DNA of 64,000 nucleotides. Source: Eledone cirrhosa. Taxonomy: Eukaryota. Below the pieces are notes generated by a model that searched no databases, was not told the origin of the DNA, and saw only the letters and a list, made by a program, of their open reading frames with translations. Where the stretch lies: positions 63,178,001-63,242,000 of the forward strand of contig OZ024743.1 of assembly GCA_964016885.1 (NCBI GenBank), given 5' to 3'. Below are positions 40,189 to 53,000 of this stretch, in pieces. Every line of letters starts with the position of its first letter. Positions within the stretch are counted from its first letter, which is position 1. Made by a program: the position numbers and the translations under genes.

Positions 40189-41026
40189 ATTAACTGTAAA
40201 ACTAGAAATGTAGTATATAGCATAAGATGTACTGAGGGACAATGTAGAAACAAAAATATAGTGTACATAGGTGAGACAGCTCGTAGTATAGGGGAACGAA
40301 TAAATGAACACTGGCGAGACCTCCAAGATAGTAAAGAATCATCTGTGCTCTACCAACATGCTAAGATAGAACACAGGGGTAAATTAGAGAGCATAGAAAT
40401 AAAAATAGAATCCACACACAAGAAAGACGCAATGTTTAGGCAAATTACAGAGGCAGTAAGCATAAAAGAATTAAAACCAAAATTAAATAGAAAATATGAG
40501 TGGAACAGCAACATCACAACTTACAATTAAGGACAAAATGAAAACACACACACACATATATAAACAACTTACAATTGAAAACACACACAAAATGAAAACA
40601 CACACAAGACAAAATGAAAACACACACACACATAGAACAAACAACCAACCAACAATAAATAAATAAATAAACAAACAAATATAAATAGAAAAATAGAAAA
40701 ATGAACACAAACACACACAGACACCCGGATGTGGCGCATGCGCAAACTGAGCACGCAACCCACACACAAACAAAATGGCGTAGGATAGAAGAAAGGAAAG
40801 GCACAGAAACGAAGAAAGAAATCCCCAGTCACTGAAGAGGTCACAGAGTGTGTGACGAAAGAACTATGACTATATATATATAAACAACTATCTGGTTGTG
40901 GAACCAACCAACCAACCAGAAATTTATAAATTTGTAAATTTATAAATATATATTAAATTAAATTGAAGTGAAAGCAACTGGTGCGTGTGTTTCTTATTGG
41001 CAACATGACCCTCCCAAAGTATAACA
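40186..41026 (+). mobile_element. PLE right arm, distal part (GIY-YIG domain + 3' UTR)
   Basis: Reverse complement of 34707-35547; ORF 40261..40530 is identical to 35203..35472. Confidence 0.9.
40827..40871 (+). ncRNA. Minimal type-I hammerhead-ribozyme-like motif, right arm
   Basis: AGTCA (stem I), CTGAAGA, extra G, GTCACA-gagtg-TGTGAC (stem II), GAAA, G-AA-C-T-A, TGACT (stem I'). Confidence 0.6.
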
Positions 41027-41047
41027 GTTTATAGATTATAAATTGTA

Positions 41048-41092
<45 letters not shown>

Positions 41093-41093
<1 letters not shown>

Positions 41094-41348
41094 TTTTGAT
41101 ACCAAAAGACTGCCTGAAACCACCCCTGGTTCTATAATACAAAAACTGTTTTAAAATATTTATATTTATTTAAAATCATTCCACATTAATTTAATGTAAG
41201 AACATTTGTTAAGTTATGTTCCAAACGCCAGCTTTATAATGAGAAAATTAATTTTATAACTAAATCCTTCCAAATTCTTGATTTGATTTTCAAAATAATT
41301 TGAAAATCATAGGCAGTATCTTTCATTAGAAATATAGTAACAAAAGGG
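41093..41348. mobile_element. TTAA-type MITE, left end eroded
   Basis: CTTTTGATACC ... GTAACAAAAGGG|TTAA; same family as 15831-16233. Confidence 0.55.
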
Positions 41349-41584
41349 TTAAGAAAGTCTTTGTGTTGTCAATAGTATATACCAGTTTAGTTATAAAGGA
41401 AGGGAACTAATCATCAGATAGGACCAAGGAAACACTGTTTCCATTGGTCTTTGTAGTGTTAATGTATATTCCAGTCACAACTCTTGGCAGTAAAGTATTT
41501 TGATCAAAAACGTAATGCACTGTCTGGTCAAGGAATTGAAAAAAGCATGTAGTCTAAGTGGTTAGGGTGTTGGATTTATGCTAA

Positions 41585-42005
41585 GGTACACTCTGTAGAG
41601 TGTTAGTGATGGTGCCATGATAAAATGCACCTATTACACCCTGTAAAGTGTTAACACTAGTACCATGATAAAATGTAGCTAGTACACTCAGTAAAGTGTT
41701 AGTGCTGGTGTCACAATGAAATGTACCTAGTACATTTTGTAAAGTGTTAGTGCTGGTGCTGCACCAAAATGCACCCAGTACACTCTAAATTGCTAGTGCT
41801 GATGCAAATATATAATGCACCAAGTATACTCTGTAAGATGCTAGTGTTGGTACCACAATAAACTGCACTGTGTAAAGTGATTGGTATTAGGAAATGAATC
41901 CAGCTGCATAAATCATGTCAAAATGTGACAGGCATAGTATCCAAACTGGGACAACACGGTCAACTCAAGCTGGCAAACAAACAGGATGTAAAATAATGAT
42001 GATGA
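41585..42005 (+). mobile_element. Decayed RTE-tail element with ~6 tandem ~46-bp modules
   Basis: Repeated AAAATGCACC-AGTACACTCTGTAAAGTGTTAGTGCTGGT, then ATTAGGAAATGAATCCAGCTG and a GAT tail. Confidence 0.7.
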
Positions 42006-44013
42006 CTGAGACCTGGAAAATAGCATAGGTTTTCACTCATAGGAAGTAATTTGATGTAACTATGTTGGTGTGTTTGCATGTATGTAGGCATGAATTGGAG
42101 GAGTTGTTAGAACATCAGATATAATATTTTGTGGTATTTATTCTGGCTCTCTGCACTCTGAGTTCAATTCTTACCGAAGTCAACTTTGCTTTTATCATTT
42201 TGGGGTCTATAAAAAAAAGTACCAGGCCAGTGCTGGGTCAATTTTTTCTCTTTCTCTCTCCCTCTGTTGAGAAATCAACTATGATCAGACATGGAAAGGG
42301 ATAGGCTCTGCCAGGTTTAAAATGCTCAAGACAGAGTGCTCTGAGAGGATTTTCATGGCACCAACACTAAGGAAGTTGTCATGTTTTTGACACAGCTGAA
42401 GATTTCTCCTGACATTTTCTTTAGCAAGCATCATGATGGCTCTCCTACAATTCTGTTAGGGGTTAAGGGTCCATGGATATTTACATGATGTTTATCAGGT
42501 GATTCATTCACTATTTTACAAATGAAAAGATAACAATGCCAGCCTACAAACCAGCTTTAATCTTTTCTCATGATTCAAGTGGTTGATTTTTAAAAATATT
42601 TTTTATAGAAGATTCAGTTATTACTAGAAAAGGAATTATGATCGGACATTAAGGTTAAATAACTATCATAAAATTATTTTTTTAATGTGGTTTTTATAAG
42701 AAATATAATAAACAAGCTTCAGGTCCCATCAATTCAGCCACTCATTCACTCGCGCCATTAATACACATCTTTCTGTAGTTCACCATAGAAATATGCAGAT
42801 GTTTGTGTGGTTAATTTCACAAAAATAGAGCTTTTATCCAAATCCTATTTTTAGACATTCTATTCAAATACCACTTCTTGGCAAAGATTTCTTTTCAGAC
42901 TATTTCTCTTGTTTCCATTGACAAAGTTTCTTTCTCTCTCTCAGCTTATGACCCTATTACTAGATCTTTACAATTCTCTAGCAACAGCTTGGAAATTCGC
43001 TAAATAATTTCAAAGTGACTGTACAGTCATTACAATAATTAATTCAGTAGGGTAAAAATTATTACAGATTGATTTTTATATTTTTCTTTGTTTGAGATTA
43101 TTATCATTATTATAAAAAAAAAAAAAAAATAAAATAATAAATTTAAAAAAAAATGATCATTAATATTTGTAACTCTGGAAGTTTTTTGTTTTTTGTAATT
43201 TACATGTGTTTTTTTCATGTTGAATGCAAAGTCCTGTTATGACTAATATTGCTAGAAAGGATTAGCTCATCAAAATCTATAGAAATTGTTTATCTTCTCA
43301 TTAAAACCATTTCATATCATTACCATCATTATTTAACATCCGCATCTCACTTACATACGTTCCTGCACTCTCTACAGAGTTCCCTCAGTTCATTTTCATG
43401 ACAACAACATTAGGGAGGTAGGTTATGTCTTTGACAAAACTGAAGAGTTCTCCTGACCTTTTTGTTTAGCTGGTTTTTTACAGCTGGGTGTTTTTCATAC
43501 CACCAACTACTGTACTGGGCACATTTATTGTGTAGATCACCAGCATTAGGGAGGTTGTTGTACTTTGAGACAACTGAACAGTCCTCTTGACCCTCACAAT
43601 ATGATTTTGTAGATTAAAAATGTCCTCCACCCTATATCATTATACGGTGGTGAATTTAATTGCTAGAGTGTTGAATTAAATGCTTCAGTATCTACTCTGA
43701 GCCTCTCTACTTGGATTTCAAATTATGCCAAGGTTATCTTTGCTTTGATAGAAGCTGTTGATTTGTAGAATTGTTCTGTTCTAGGTTCAAACATTGTTCC
43801 TGTCATCAGAAAAAAACTGATGACTGCCAAGATTTATGACTGGCAGACAGTATATATACCCCTTTCTCTAGCAGGCTGGCCTCTCATGTGAAGTAATTGG
43901 CCCTAAAAAAGGGATCATGAACATTCTCAAATATCAACTAAACTATGTTCATGTTTTTTTGTAAACAAAAATGTTTAGAAGAAATCATCAACATCATTTT
44001 ACATCTGCTTCCT

Positions 44014-47000
44014 ATGCTGTCATGATTTGGATTGGTTGTTATGGTTGAATGCTGTCATGGTTTGGATTGGTTGTTATGGTTGAATGCTGTCATGATTTGG
44101 ATTGGTTGTTATGGTTGAATGCTGTCATGGTTTGGATTGGTTGTTATGGTTGAATGCTGTCATGATTGGAATTGGTTGTTATGGTTGAATGCTGTCATGG
44201 TTTGGATTGGTTGTTATGGTTGAATGCTGTCATGGTTTGGATTGGTTGTTACGGTTGAATGTTGTCATGGTTTGGATTGGTTGTTATGGTTGAATGCTGT
44301 CATGGTTTGGATTGGTTGTTATGGTTGAATGCTGTCATGGTTTGGATTGGTTGTTATGGTTGAATGCTGTCATGATTGGGATTGGTTGTTATGGTTGAAT
44401 GCTGTCATGGTTTGGATTGGTTGTTATGGTTGAATGCTGTCATGGTTTGGACTGGTTGAATGCTGTCATGGTTCGGACTGGTTGTTATGGTTGAATGGTG
44501 TCATGGTTTGGATTGGTTGTTATGGTTGAATGCTGTCATGGTTTGGACTGGTTGAATGCTGTCATGGTTCGGACTGGTTGTTATGGTTGAATGCTGTCAT
44601 GGTTTGGATTGGTTGTTATGGTTGAATGCTGTCATGGTTTGGACTGGTTGTTATGGTTGAATGCTGTCATGGTTTGGACTGGTTGAATGCTGTCATGGTT
44701 CGGACTGGTTGTTATGGTTGAATGCTATCATGGTTTGGACTGGTTGTTATGGTTGAATGCTGTCATGGTTTGGACTGGTTGTTATGGTTGAATGCTGTCA
44801 TGGTTTGGATTGGTTGTTATGGTTGAATGCTGTCATGGTTTGGATTGGTTGTTATGGTTGAATGCTGTCATGGTTTGGATTGGTTGTTATGGTTGAATGC
44901 TGTCATAGTTTGGATTGGTTGTTATGGTTGAATGCTGTCATGGTTTGGATTGGTTGTTATGGTTGAATGCTGTCATGGTTTGGATTGGTTGTTATGGTTG
45001 AATGCTGTCATGGTTTGGATTGGTTGTTATGGTTGAATGCTGTCATGGTTTGGATTGGTTGTTATGGTTGAATGCTGTCATGGTTTGGATTGGTTGTTAT
45101 GGTTGAATGCTGTCATGGTTTGGATTGGTTGTTATGGTTGAATGCTGTCATGGTTTGGATTGGTTGTTATGGTTGAATGCTGTCATGGTTTGGATTGGTT
45201 GTTATGGTTGAATGCTGTCATGGTTTGGATTGGTTGTTATGGTTGAATGCTGTCAGTTTGGATTGGTTGTTATGGTTGAATGCTGTCATAGTTTGGATTG
45301 GTTGTTATGGTTGAATGCTGTCATGGTTTGGATTGGTTGTTATGGTTGAATGCTGTCATGGTTTGGATTGGTTGTTATGGTTGAATGCTGTCATGGTTTG
45401 GATTGGTTGTTATGGTTGAATGCTGTCATAGTTTGGATTGGTTGTTATGGTTGAATGCTGTCATAGTTTGGATTGGTTGTTATGGTTGAATGCTGTCATA
45501 GTTTGGACTGGTTGTTATGGTTGAATGCTATCATGATTGGGATTGGTTGTTATGGTTGAATGCTAATATAGTTTGGATTGGTTGTTATGGTTGAATGCTA
45601 TCATGATTGGGATTGGTTGTTATGGTTGAATGCTAATATAGTTTGGATTAGTTGTTATGGTTGAATGCTATCATGGTTTGGACTGGTTGTTATGGTTGAA
45701 TGCTGTCATGATTGGGATTGGTTGTTATGGTTGAATGCTGTCATGGTTTGGATTGGTTGTTATGGTTGAATGCTGTCATAGTTTGGATTGGTTGTTATGG
45801 TTGAATGCTGTCATAGTTTGGATTGGTTGTTATGGTTGAATGCTGTCATAGTTTGGATTGGTTGTTATGGTTGAATGCTGTCATAGTTTGGACTGGTTGT
45901 TATGGTTGAATGCTGTCATAGTTTGGACTGGTTGTTATGGTTGAATGCTGTCATGGTTTGGATTGGTTGTTATGGTTGAATGCTGTCATGGTTTGGATTG
46001 GTTGTTATGGTTGAATGCTGTCATAGTTTGGATTGGTTGTTATGGTTGAATGCTATCATGATTGGGATTGGTTGTTATGGTTGAATGCTAATATAGTTTG
46101 GATTGGTTGTTATGGTTGAATGCTGTCATGGTTTGGACTGGTTGTTATGGTTGAATGCTGTCATAGTTTGGATTGGTTGTTATGGTTGAATGCTATCATG
46201 ATTGGGACTGGTTGTTATGGTTGAATGCTGTCATAGTTTGGATTGGTTGTTATGGTTGAATGCTATCATGATTGGGATTGGTTGTTATGGTTGAATGCTA
46301 ATATAGTTTGGATTGGTTGTTATGGTTGAATGCTGTCATGGTTTGGCCTGGTTGTTATGGTTGAATGCTGTCATGATTGGGATTGGTTGTTATGGTTGAA
46401 TGCTGTCATAGTTTGGATTGGTTGTTATGGTTGAATGCTGTCATGGTTTGGATTGGTTGTTATGGTTGAATGCTGTCATAGTTTGGATTGGTTGTTATGG
46501 TTGAATGCTGTCATAGTTTGGATTGGTTGTTATGGTTGAATGCTGTCATAGTTTGGATTGGTTGTTATGGTTGAATGCTGTCATGGTTTGGACTGGTTGT
46601 TATGGTTGAATGCTGTCATGATTGGGATTGGTTGTTATGGTTGAATGCTGTCATGATTGGGATTGGTTGTTATGGTTGAATGCTGTCATGATTGGGATTG
46701 GTTGTTATGGTTGAATGCTGTCATGATTGGGATTGGTTGTTATGGTTGAATGCTGTCATGATTTGGATTAGTTGTTATGGTTGAATGCTGTCATGGTTTG
46801 GATTGGTTATTATGGTTGAATGCTGTCATGGTTTGGATTGGTTGTTATGGTTGAATGCTGTCATAGTTTGGATTGGTTGTTATGGTTGAATGCTGTCATG
46901 GTTTGGATTGGTTGTTATGATTGAATGCTGTCATAGTTTGGATTGGTTGTTATGGTTGAATGCTGTCATGGTTTGGACTGGTTGTTCTGGTTGAATGCTG

Positions 47001-50000
47001 TCATAGTTTGTGATTGGTTGTTATGGTTGAATGCTATCATGATTGTGATTGGTTGTTATGGTTGAATGCTGTCATGATTGGGATTGGTTGTTATGGTTGA
47101 ATGCTGTCATGATTGGGATTGGTTGTTATGGTTGAATGCTGTCATGATTGGGATTGGTTGTTATGGTTGAATGCTGTCATGATTGGGATTGGTTGTTATG
47201 GTTGAATGCTGTCATGATTGGGATTGGTTGTTATGGTTGAATGCTGTCATGATTTGGATTGGTTGTTATGGTTGAATGCTGTCATGGTTTGGATTGGTTG
47301 TTATGGTTGAATGCTGTCATGGTTTGGATTGGTTGTTATGGTTGAATGCTGTCATAGTTTGGATTGGTTGTTATGGTTGAATGCTGTCATGGTTTGGATT
47401 GGTTGTTATGGTTGAATGCTGTTATAGTTTGGATTGGTTGTTATGGTTGAATGCTATCATGATTGGGATTGGTTGTTATGGTTGAATGCTAATATAGTTT
47501 GGATTGGTTGTTATGGTTGAATGCTGTCATGGTTTGGACTGGTTGTTATGGTTGAATGCTGTCATGGTTTGAACTGGTTGTTATGGTTGAATGCTGTCAT
47601 AGTTTGGATTGGTTGTTATGGTTGAATGCTGTCATAGTTTGGATTGGTTGTTATGGTTGAATGCTGTCATAGTTTGGATTGGTTGTTATGGTTGAATGCT
47701 GTCATAGTTTGGACTGGTTGTTATGGTTGAATGCTGTCATAGTTTGGACTGGTTGTTATGGTTGAATGCTGTCATGGTTTGGATTGGTTGTTATGGTTGA
47801 ATGCTGTCATGGTTTGGATTGGTTGTTATGGTTGAATGCTGTCATAGTTTGGATTGGTTGTTATGGTTGAATGCTATCATGATTGGGATTGGTTGTTATG
47901 GTTGAATGCTAATATAGTTTGGATTGGTTGTTATGGTTGAATGCTGTCATGGTTTGGACTGGTTGTTATGGTTGAATGCTGTCATAGTTTGGATTGGTTG
48001 TTATGGTTGAATGCTATCATGATTGGGACTGGTTGTTACGGTTGAATGCTGTCATAGTTTGGATTGGTTGTTATGGTTGAATGCTATCATGATTGGGATT
48101 GGTTGTTATGGTTGAATGCTAATATAGTTTGGATTGGTTGTTATGGTTGAATGCTGTCATGGTTTGGACTGGTTGTTATGGTTGAATGCTGTCATGATTG
48201 GGATTGGTTGTTATGGTTGAATGCTGTCATAGTTTGGATTGGTTGTTATGGTTGAATGCTGTCATGGTTTGGATTGGTTGTTATGGTTGAATGCTGTCAT
48301 AGTTTGGATTGGTTGTTATGGTTCAATGCTGTCATGGTTTGGACTGGTTGTTATGGTTGAATGCTGTCATAGTTTGGATTGGTTGTTATGGTTGAATACT
48401 GTCATAGTTTGGATTGGTTGTTATGGTTGAATGCTGTCATAGTTTGGATTGGTTGTTATGGTTGAATGCTGTCATGGTTTGGACTGGTTGTTATGGTTGA
48501 ATGCTGTCATAGTTTGGATTGGTTGTTATGGTTGAATGCTATCATGATTGGGATTGGTTGTTATGGTTGAATGCTGTCATGATTGGGATTGGTTGTTATG
48601 GTTGAATGCTGTCATGATTGGGATTGGTTGTTATGGTTGAATGCTGTCATGATTGGGATTGGTTGTTATGGTTGAATGCTGTCATGATTTGGATTAGTTG
48701 TTATGGTTGAATGCTGTCATGGTTTGGATTGGTTATTATGGTTGAATGCTGTCATGGTTTGGATTGGTTGTTATGGTTGAATGCTGTCATAGTTTGGATT
48801 GGTTGTTATGGTTGAATGCTGTCATGGTTTGGATTGGTTGTTATGATTGAATGCTGTCATAGTTTGGATTGGTTGTTATGGTTGAATGCTGTCATGGTTT
48901 GGACTGGTTGTTCTGGTTGAATGCTGTCATAGTTTGGATTGGTTGTTATGGTTGAATGCTATCATGATTGTGATTGGTTGTTATGGTTGAATGCTGTCAT
49001 GATTGGGATTGGTTGTTATGGTTGAATGCTGTCATGATTGGGATTGGTTGTTATGGTTGAATGCTAATATAGTTTGGATTAGTTGTTATGGTTGAATGCT
49101 ATCATGGTTTGGACTGGTTGTTATGGTTGAATGCTGTCATGATTGGGATTGGTTGTTATGGTTGAATGCTGTCATGGTTTGGATTGGTTGTTATGGTTGA
49201 ATGCTGTCATAGTTTGGATTGGTTGTTATGGTTGAATGCTGTCATAGTTTGGATTGGTTGTTATGGTTGAATGCTGTCATAGTTTGGATTGGTTGTTATG
49301 GTTGAATGCTGTCATAGTTTGGATTGGTTGTTATGGTTGAATGCTGTCATAGTTTGGACTGGTTGTTATGGTTGAATGCTGTCATAGTTTGGACTGGTTG
49401 TTATGGTTGAATGCTGTCATGGTTTGGATTGGTTGTTATGGTTGAATGCTGTCATGGTTTGGATTGGTTGTTATGGTTGAATGCTGTCATAGTTTGGATT
49501 GGTTGTTATGGTTGAATGCTATCATGATTGGGATTGGTTGTTATGGTTGAATGCTAATATAGTTTGGATTGGTTGTTATGGTTGAATGCTGTCATTGTTT
49601 GGACTGGTTGTTATGGTTGAATGCTGTCATAGTTTGGATTGGTTGTTATGGTTGAATGCTATCATGATTGGGACTGGTTGTTATGGTTGAATGCTGTCAT
49701 AGTTTGGATTGGTTGTTATGGTTGAATGCTATCATGATTGGGATTGGTTGTTATGGTTGAATGCTAATATAGTTTGGATTGGTTGTTATGGTTGAATGCT
49801 GTCATGGTTTGGACTGGTTGTTATGGTTGAATGCTGTCATGATTGGGATTGGTTGTTATGGTTGAATGCTGTCATAGTTTGGATTGGTTGTTATGGTTGA
49901 ATGCTGTCATGGTTTGGATTGGTTGTTATGGTTGAATGCTGTCATAGTTTGGATTGGTTGTTATGGTTGAATGCTGTCATGGTTTGGACTGGTTGTTATG

Positions 50001-53000
50001 GTTGAATGCTGTCATAGTTTGGATTGGTTGTTATGGTTGAATGCTGTCATAGTTTGGATTGGTTGTTATGGTTGAATGCTGTCATGGTTTGGACTGGTTG
50101 TTATGGTTGAATGCTGTCATAGTTTGGATTGGTTGTTATGGTTGAATGCTATCATGATTGGGATTGGTTGTTATGGTTGAATGCTGTCATGATTGGGATT
50201 GGTTGTTATGGTTGAATGCTGTCATGATTGGGATTGGTTGTTATGGTTGAATGCTGTCATGATTGGGATTGGTTGTTATGGTTGAATGCTGTCATGATTT
50301 GGATTAGTTGTTATGGTTGAATGCTGTCATGGTTTGGATTGGTTATTATGGTTGAATGCTGTCATGGTTTGGATTGGTTGTTATGGTTGAATGCTGTCAT
50401 AGTTTGGATTGGTTGTTATGGTTGAATGCTGTCATGGTTTGGATTGGTTGTTATGATTGAATGCTGTCATAGTTTGGATTGGTTGTTATGGTTGAATGCT
50501 GTCATGGTTTGGACTGGTTGTTCTGGTTGAATGCTGTCATAGTTTGGATTGGTTGTTATGGTTGAATGCTATCATGATTGTGATTGGTTGTTATGGTTGA
50601 ATGCTGTCATGATTGGGATTGGTTGTTATGGTTGAATGCTGTCATGATTGGGATTGGTTGTTATGGTTGAATGCTGTCATGATTGGGATTGGTTGTTATG
50701 GTTGAATGCTGTCATAGTTTGGATTGGTTGTTATGGTTGAATGCTGTTATAGTTTGGATTGGTTGTTATGGTTGAATGCTATCATGATTGTGATTGGTTG
50801 TTATGGTTGAATGCTGTCATGATTGGGATTGGTTGTTATGGTTGAATGCTGTCATGATTGGGATTGGTTGTTATGGTTGAATGCTGTCATGATTGGGATT
50901 GGTTGTTATGGTTGAATGCTGTCATGGTTTGGATTGGTTGTTATGGTTGAATGCTGTCATGGTTTGGATTGGTTGTTATGGTTGAATGCTGTCATAGTTT
51001 GGATTGGTTGTTATGGTTGAATGCTGTCATGGTTTGGATTGGTTGTTATGGTTGAATGCTGTTATAGTTTGGATTGGTTGTTATGGTTGAATGCTATCAT
51101 GATTGGGATTGGTTGTTATGGTTGAATGCTAATATAGTTTGGATTGGTTGTTATGGTTGAATGCTGTCATGGTTTGGACTGGTTGTTATGGTTGAATGCT
51201 GTCATGGTTTGAACTGGTTGTTATGGTTGAATGCTGTCATAGTTTGGATTGGTTGTTATGGTTGAATGCTGTCATAGTTTGGATTGGTTGTTATGGTTGA
51301 ATGCTGTCATAGTTTGGATTGGTTGTTATGGTTGAATGCTGTCATAGTTTGGACTGGTTGTTATGGTTGAATGCTGTCATAGTTTGGACTGGTTGTTATG
51401 GTTGAATGCTGTCATGGTTTGGATTGGTTGTTATGGTTGAATGCTGTCATGGTTTGGATTGGTTGTTATGGTTGAATGCTGTCATAGTTTGGATTGGTTG
51501 TTATGGTTGAATGCTATCATGATTGGGATTGGTTGTTACGGTTGAATGCTAATATAGTTTGGATTGGTTGTTATGGTTGAATGCTGTCATGGTTTGGACT
51601 GGTTGTTATGGTTGAATGCTGTCATAGTTTGGATTGGTTGTTATGGTTGAATGCTATCATGATTGGGACTGGTTGTTATGGTTGAATGCTGTCATAGTTT
51701 GGATTGGTTGTTATGGTTGAATGCTATCATGATTGGGATTGGTTGTTATGGTTGAATGCTAATATAGTTTGGATTGGTTGTTATGGTTGAATGCTGTCAT
51801 GGTTTGGACTGGTTGTTATGGTTGAATGCTGTCATGATTGGGATTGGTTGTTATGGTTGAATGCTGTCATAGTTTGGATTGGTTGTTATGGTTGAATGCT
51901 GTCATGGTTTGGATTGGTTGTTATGGTTGAATGCTGTCATAGTTTGGATTGGTTGTTATGGTTGAATGCTGTCATGGTTTGGACTGGTTGTTATGGTTGA
52001 ATGCTGTCATAGTTTGGATTGGTTGTTATGGTTGAATGCTGTCATAGTTTGGATTGGTTGTTATGGTTGAATGCTGTCATGGTTTGGACTGGTTGTTATG
52101 GTTGAATGCTGTCATAGTTTGGATTGGTTGTTATGGTTGAATGCTATCATGATTGGGATTGGTTGTTATGGTTGAATGCTGTCATGATTGGGATTGGTTG
52201 TTATGGTTGAATGCTGTCATGATTGGGATTGGTTGTTATGGTTGAATGCTGTCATGATTGGGATTGGTTGTTATGGTTGAATGCTGTCATGATTTGGATT
52301 AGTTGTTATGGTTGAATGCTGTCATGGTTTGGATTGGTTATTATGGTTGAATGCTGTCATGGTTTGGATTGGTTGTTATGGTTGAATGCTGTCATAGTTT
52401 GGATTGGTTGTTATGGTTGAATGCTGTCATGGTTTGGATTGGTTGTTATGATTGAATGCTGTCATAGTTTGGATTGGTTGTTATGGTTGAATGCTGTCAT
52501 GGTTTGGACTGGTTGTTCTGGTTGAATGCTGTCATAGTTTGGATTGGTTGTTATGGTTGAATGCTATCATGATTGTGATTGGTTGTTATGGTTGAATGCT
52601 GTCATGATTGGGATTGGTTGTTATGGTTGAATGCTGTCATGATTGGGATTGGTTGTTATGGTTGAATGCTGTCATGATTGGGATTGGTTGTTATGGTTGA
52701 ATGCTGTCATGATTGGGATTGGTTGTTATGGTTGAATGCTGTCATGATTGGGATTGGTTGTTATGGTTGAATGCTGTCATGATTTGGATTAGTTGTTATG
52801 GTTGAATGCTGTCATGGTTTGGATTGGTTGTTATGGTTGAATGCTGTCATGGTTTGGATTGGTTGTTATGGTTGAATGCTGTCATAGTTTGGATTGGTTG
52901 TTATGGTTGAATGCTGTCATGGTTTGGATTGGTTGTTATGGTTGAATGCTGTTATAGTTTGGATTGGTTGTTATGGTTGAATGCTATCATGATTGGGATT

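Noticed and set aside
34707-41026. A single DNA transposon with long TIRs carrying an RT gene
   Set aside because: The inverted repeats encode a PLE GIY-YIG domain and their symmetry centre (35717-35729) lies outside the RTE, which is a later insertion into one arm.
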